Shown: in pieces, positions 46,686 to 49,598 of the stretch
How positions within the stretch are numbered: position 1 is the first letter of the stretch
Layout: every line of letters begins with the position of its first letter
Source of the DNA: Candidatus Vogelbacteria bacterium RIFOXYD1_FULL_51_18
GTDB taxonomy: Bacteria > Patescibacteriota > Minisyncoccia > Phycocordibacterales > UBA9988
Assembly (NCBI GenBank): GCA_001823095.1
Contig: MHTL01000002.1
Span: 1 to 49,598, forward strand
DNA length: 49,598 bases
Direction of reading: 5' to 3'
Made by a program: the position numbers and the translations under genes
Notes under the pieces: generated by a model
Seen by the model: only the letters and a program-made list of their open reading frames with translations
Told to the model about the DNA's origin: nothing
Database searches by the model: none

Positions 46686-47468
46686 TCATACCTTGCGATG
46701 CGCTGTGCAGAAATGCGGGTGCCCGCCTACGTCAGTGACTGTGTAATCGCGGAAAAGGTTTGGGTAGCGCTCCTGCATGAGGCGGCCGACCTGGCCGAAG
46801 ACGATGCGGATTTCTTCTTCTGCGGCGGGATCAGTACGCATCTCAAGCACGTGGCGTATGGCGCGGATGTTCCCGCTCCAGCCGATGGCCGTGGCGAGTC
46901 CGATAGGCGCGATGCGACGAAATGCTGAAGTGAGCACCTTTTTTACCCCAAAATCCCTCATTTCATCGATGTGAAAGAGTTCAGCGAGTTTGTACTGTAG
47001 CCCCTCTAGGTGTTCGAACGCTCTGCCCATAATCTCCATTGCCTCCGGGCTTTCTCTGATGATCGTTGGCGCCCAGAATCCGAGGTCAGTGAGCCTCACA
47101 AAACGCAGACTCTCTTGCGAGATGGCAACACCAGCTCGGTGGCGGACAAGCTCATGCGTGAATACGCGAGAGACGTCGGCAAAAGCAAAGTTAATTACTG
47201 CATGCTCCATGACGGAACCGTGTCCAACTTCTATGACGTGGTCAATATACTCCTTGTTGCTCTCACGCACCTTCCGGATATTGGGGTTGAGACCGATTGC
47301 GAAGCTCTTGTAGCAGAGTTTACCGTAGAACTCGGTGAGCTTTTCGGCATCCGATTGCGCATTCGAGTCCCAGTGGGGAGCGCCGATGTGCTCCAGGTAA
47401 CTCTGCATGCCCTCGGGAATGATTCGCGTTTCTCCCACGAGAAACACTCGGGGCTTTACCTCTTTCAT
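46686..47468 (-). CDS. thyX: FAD-dependent thymidylate synthase
   Basis: GHGSVMEH, SRVFTHELVRHR...SQESLRF (RHRX7S-like), AEEEIR. Confidence 0.94.
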   Translation of the reverse strand: MKEVKPRVFLVGETRIIPEGMQSYLEHIGAPHWDSNAQSDAEKLTEFYGKLCYKSFAIGLNPNIRKVRESNKEYIDHVIEVGHGSVMEHAVINFAFADVSRVFTHELVRHRAGVAISQESLRFVRLTDLGFWAPTIIRESPEAMEIMGRAFEHLEGLQYKLAELFHIDEMRDFGVKKVLTSAFRRIAPIGLATAIGWSGNIRAIRHVLEMRTDPAAEEEIRIVFGQVGRLMQERYPNLFRDYTVTDVGGHPHFCTAHRKV

Positions 47469-47641
47469 AATGTGCCTCCTCGTGTGAATGTTCTTGACTT
47501 CCCGCATCCTAGCTTTTCTCTGCTATACTTGCAAGGTGCTTATGGTGAAGGTGAAAAAATTGCGCAGGTGCGGTAGCATGGGTTCTTGATATTTGATAGA
47601 CTGGCGGCAGAACGCACTTTGTATGAGAAAGGAGTTTATAG

Positions 47642-48271
47642 ATGTCTTTGATTGCGATAGAAGGCGGTGAAGGAGCGGGGAAGAGCGCCCTAGTAAAAGC
47701 GCTCTCTATGGAGTTCACGGGGTACCCCATTACCTTTGTTCAGGAACCCGGCACGACTGCTCTTGGCAGAGAAGTGCGGAACCTCCTGATGGATCGGGAA
47801 ATGAGCCTGGGAGCGGAATTTTTTCTCTTTCTTGCGGCGAGGGCGCAACTTGCAGAAGAGATCATGGTCCCCGCGCTTAAGAAGGGCAGGCATGTTGTCT
47901 GCGACCGCTACTGCGCATCTACGTTTGCCTATCAGATCGTTGGGCGGGGCAGGAGGGATCTCACAGAGACTTTTTTGAGAGCGCAAGAACTTTTCCCGAT
48001 GCCGGACCGTTACATCTATCTTGTTGTGGATCCGAGTATTGGGCTCACGCGCAAAGAGGGGTCTCATCAGGCCTTAAATCGTTTTGATCAAGAGTCACTG
48101 GATTTTCATCGCCGGATCGGTGACGGTTACGATGAGTTTTTTGCCTCCATTGAAGATACGGTACATGTTCTGCGCATTGATGCCAACATTCCCGAAGGGG
48201 AAGTCCATGACGCGGCTATTGACATCATTGCTCCACTCATCGGCGCGAGCAAATTCGCATTCAGTAAGTAA
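47642..48271 (+). CDS. tmk: Thymidylate kinase
   Basis: IEGGEGAGKS, EPG, CDRY, AYQ. Confidence 0.94.
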   Translation: MSLIAIEGGEGAGKSALVKALSMEFTGYPITFVQEPGTTALGREVRNLLMDREMSLGAEFFLFLAARAQLAEEIMVPALKKGRHVVCDRYCASTFAYQIVGRGRRDLTETFLRAQELFPMPDRYIYLVVDPSIGLTRKEGSHQALNRFDQESLDFHRRIGDGYDEFFASIEDTVHVLRIDANIPEGEVHDAAIDIIAPLIGASKFAFSK

Positions 48272-48284
48272 TGTTTGTGCCACC

Positions 48285-48313
48285 ACCGCCACACTCTGTG
48301 AGAGTGTGGCGGT
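48285..48313 (+). terminator. Hairpin terminator after tmk
   Basis: ACCGCCACACTCT-GTG-AGAGTGTGGCGGT. Confidence 0.65.
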
Positions 48314-48466
48314 TTACTTATCCACTTCCTCCCCGTTGCCCTCGTGGGGGGGGTGTTACAATAAAACGGTTACTAACCTTTGTCGAAAGGTTTCAGCGGC
48401 GCTTAGTTTTATAACTTAGTATTTGGTGCTTGATACTCAGTACTTAATACTTGCAACTTTTGTACC

Positions 48467-49486
48467 ATGTCCACGAATTATCAAAAGCAGATCGCTAAGA
48501 ACAAAGGGGCGGTTATTAGCACTCTCGTCGTTGCCTTTCTTGCTACTTATATGGTAATGAGCAATGGAGGGTTTTCATTAAAAAGCGCGAAGGTCGCCGG
48601 TGTGCCACAAGGAGCAGAAGAAGCGGCTGCACTGGAGCAACTTGCGCAGGTGAGTAGTGTTGGTACGGCGGCGAATATTCCTGTTATCACTTCTTATGCT
48701 ATTTTCGGTTACGGGTCAGCAACAAGCACACTTGTTTTGTCTGGATCGGGTTTCTCTACCACAAGTAACATGGTTACTATATGCCGTGTGACCGAATCAG
48801 GCGCATGTGCATCAAGGCGCCCTGATGTCATCTTTATCTATGATATTCGGGCATTTCCCGAATCTGCAACGTCATCGAAAATCGCATTTAATCTTCCTAG
48901 AACATATTCTAACGGGACTCTTACGCAAGTGTATCAACCTCATCTGCTAGCTGTATACAATAAAACTACAAAAAAATATTCAGGGAGAATACGCCTGCAA
49001 TCCCTATTGCATGGTGACCAAATAGTACCCGCCGCAATATGGACGTTAGTCAGTGCTCCGGGGCCAATAGTAACTCGTCCCAGCTATCTTGGGGCAACTA
49101 GCACGATTACTGCGCAGATGACCTTTCGTGTTAGGGCGCAGGGAGGGACACTTCTAAAACCAAACATCAGAGACTTTGGCCTTGCATTTGTCTCGTCACT
49201 CTCCTCTACTTCCTCTATACAAAATGCAACAAAGGTTATTGGCGCAGGATATCCCGGTTTTTACTCAATAATTGATAGTATCTCTCCGTCTGATAGTTCA
49301 GTTGGCGATGGCGGTGAATATTTAGTAACAGTTAAAAGTATATTTGTGCCGCAACGACAAAATCAACGGACTGAACTTGTGTATTACACAGCAACATCTA
49401 CGAAAGCAATGATAGGCGGTAAGGTATATTACTCTACTGGTAACAATGGAAAAGGCTGGCGCACTACCGGTGTTTATTTTCCTTAA
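48467..49486 (+). CDS. Membrane-anchored surface protein, possible IPT/Ig-like domains
   Basis: N-terminal TM; PVITS...LVLSGSGFS...N.V IPT-like pattern; Ser/Thr-rich. Confidence 0.72.
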   Translation: MSTNYQKQIAKNKGAVISTLVVAFLATYMVMSNGGFSLKSAKVAGVPQGAEEAAALEQLAQVSSVGTAANIPVITSYAIFGYGSATSTLVLSGSGFSTTSNMVTICRVTESGACASRRPDVIFIYDIRAFPESATSSKIAFNLPRTYSNGTLTQVYQPHLLAVYNKTTKKYSGRIRLQSLLHGDQIVPAAIWTLVSAPGPIVTRPSYLGATSTITAQMTFRVRAQGGTLLKPNIRDFGLAFVSSLSSTSSIQNATKVIGAGYPGFYSIIDSISPSDSSVGDGGEYLVTVKSIFVPQRQNQRTELVYYTATSTKAMIGGKVYYSTGNNGKGWRTTGVYFP

Positions 49487-49500
49487 CCAATAAGTCTTTT

Positions 49501-49532
49501 AAAAAAGTCTCCGCTACGGCGGAGGCTTTTTT
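49501..49532. terminator. Terminator with CCGCTACGGCGG core
   Basis: AAAAAAGTCTCCGCTACGGCGGAGGCTTTTTT. Confidence 0.7.
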
Positions 49533-49598
49533 GATGGGAGATTTCTGCTAGAATGGCCATGAGAGGCAAGGAACAAGTATCAAGTAATAAGTATCAAG

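Noticed and set aside
46638-46928. 96-aa ORF starting MKKPLSAAAD
   Set aside because: Reads through the terminator palindrome and is antisense to thyX
1-49598. CRISPR array, diversity-generating retroelement, group I/II intron, or alternative genetic code
   Set aside because: No regularly spaced repeats, cas or RT genes seen; conserved genes end normally at TGA (pgk, recJ, thyX), so code 11 fits

Overview
A 49.6-kb bacterial chromosome segment, most likely from Patescibacteria/CPR (Parcubacteria-like). This is inferred from rplK without rplA, a trigger factor lacking its FKBP domain, split ComEC/MBL genes, a type IV pilus locus, thyX and AT-rich Shine-Dalgarno-less starts. Core genes: dsbA-like/VKOR, tRNA-Gly(GCC), hup, rny, clpP, tig, hppA, nusA, pilB/pilC and minor pilins, tpiA, pgk, HIT, recJ, RNase HI, comEC, rpmB, site-2 protease, rpsL-rpsG-fusA-tuf-rpsJ-rplC-rplD-rplW-rplB, secE-nusG-rplK and dcd/thyX/tmk. 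Accessory blocks interrupt tig-clpP, comEC-MBL and rplB-secE. No CRISPR array, rRNA, integrase or intact transposase was seen. The most interesting signals are mostly non-coding. (1) At least 14 genes have a -10 hexamer 6-9 nt from the start codon, suggesting widespread leaderless mRNA; a separate class of genes has strong SD sites and often a boxA-like leader. (2) There are three promoter-bounded candidate small RNAs: a 6S-like RNA upstream of rny, a pseudoknot/switch RNA near tRNA-Gly, and a C-rich RNA lying antisense between fusA and tuf. (3) A family of short REP-like palindromes also sits in frame inside EF-G, trigger factor and a pilin leader, and a frameshifted GIY-YIG nuclease cassette is flanked by inverted repeats. 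(4) A DnaA-box-like motif occurs at a fixed distance upstream of five promoters. All calls were made by eye; no database searches were run.
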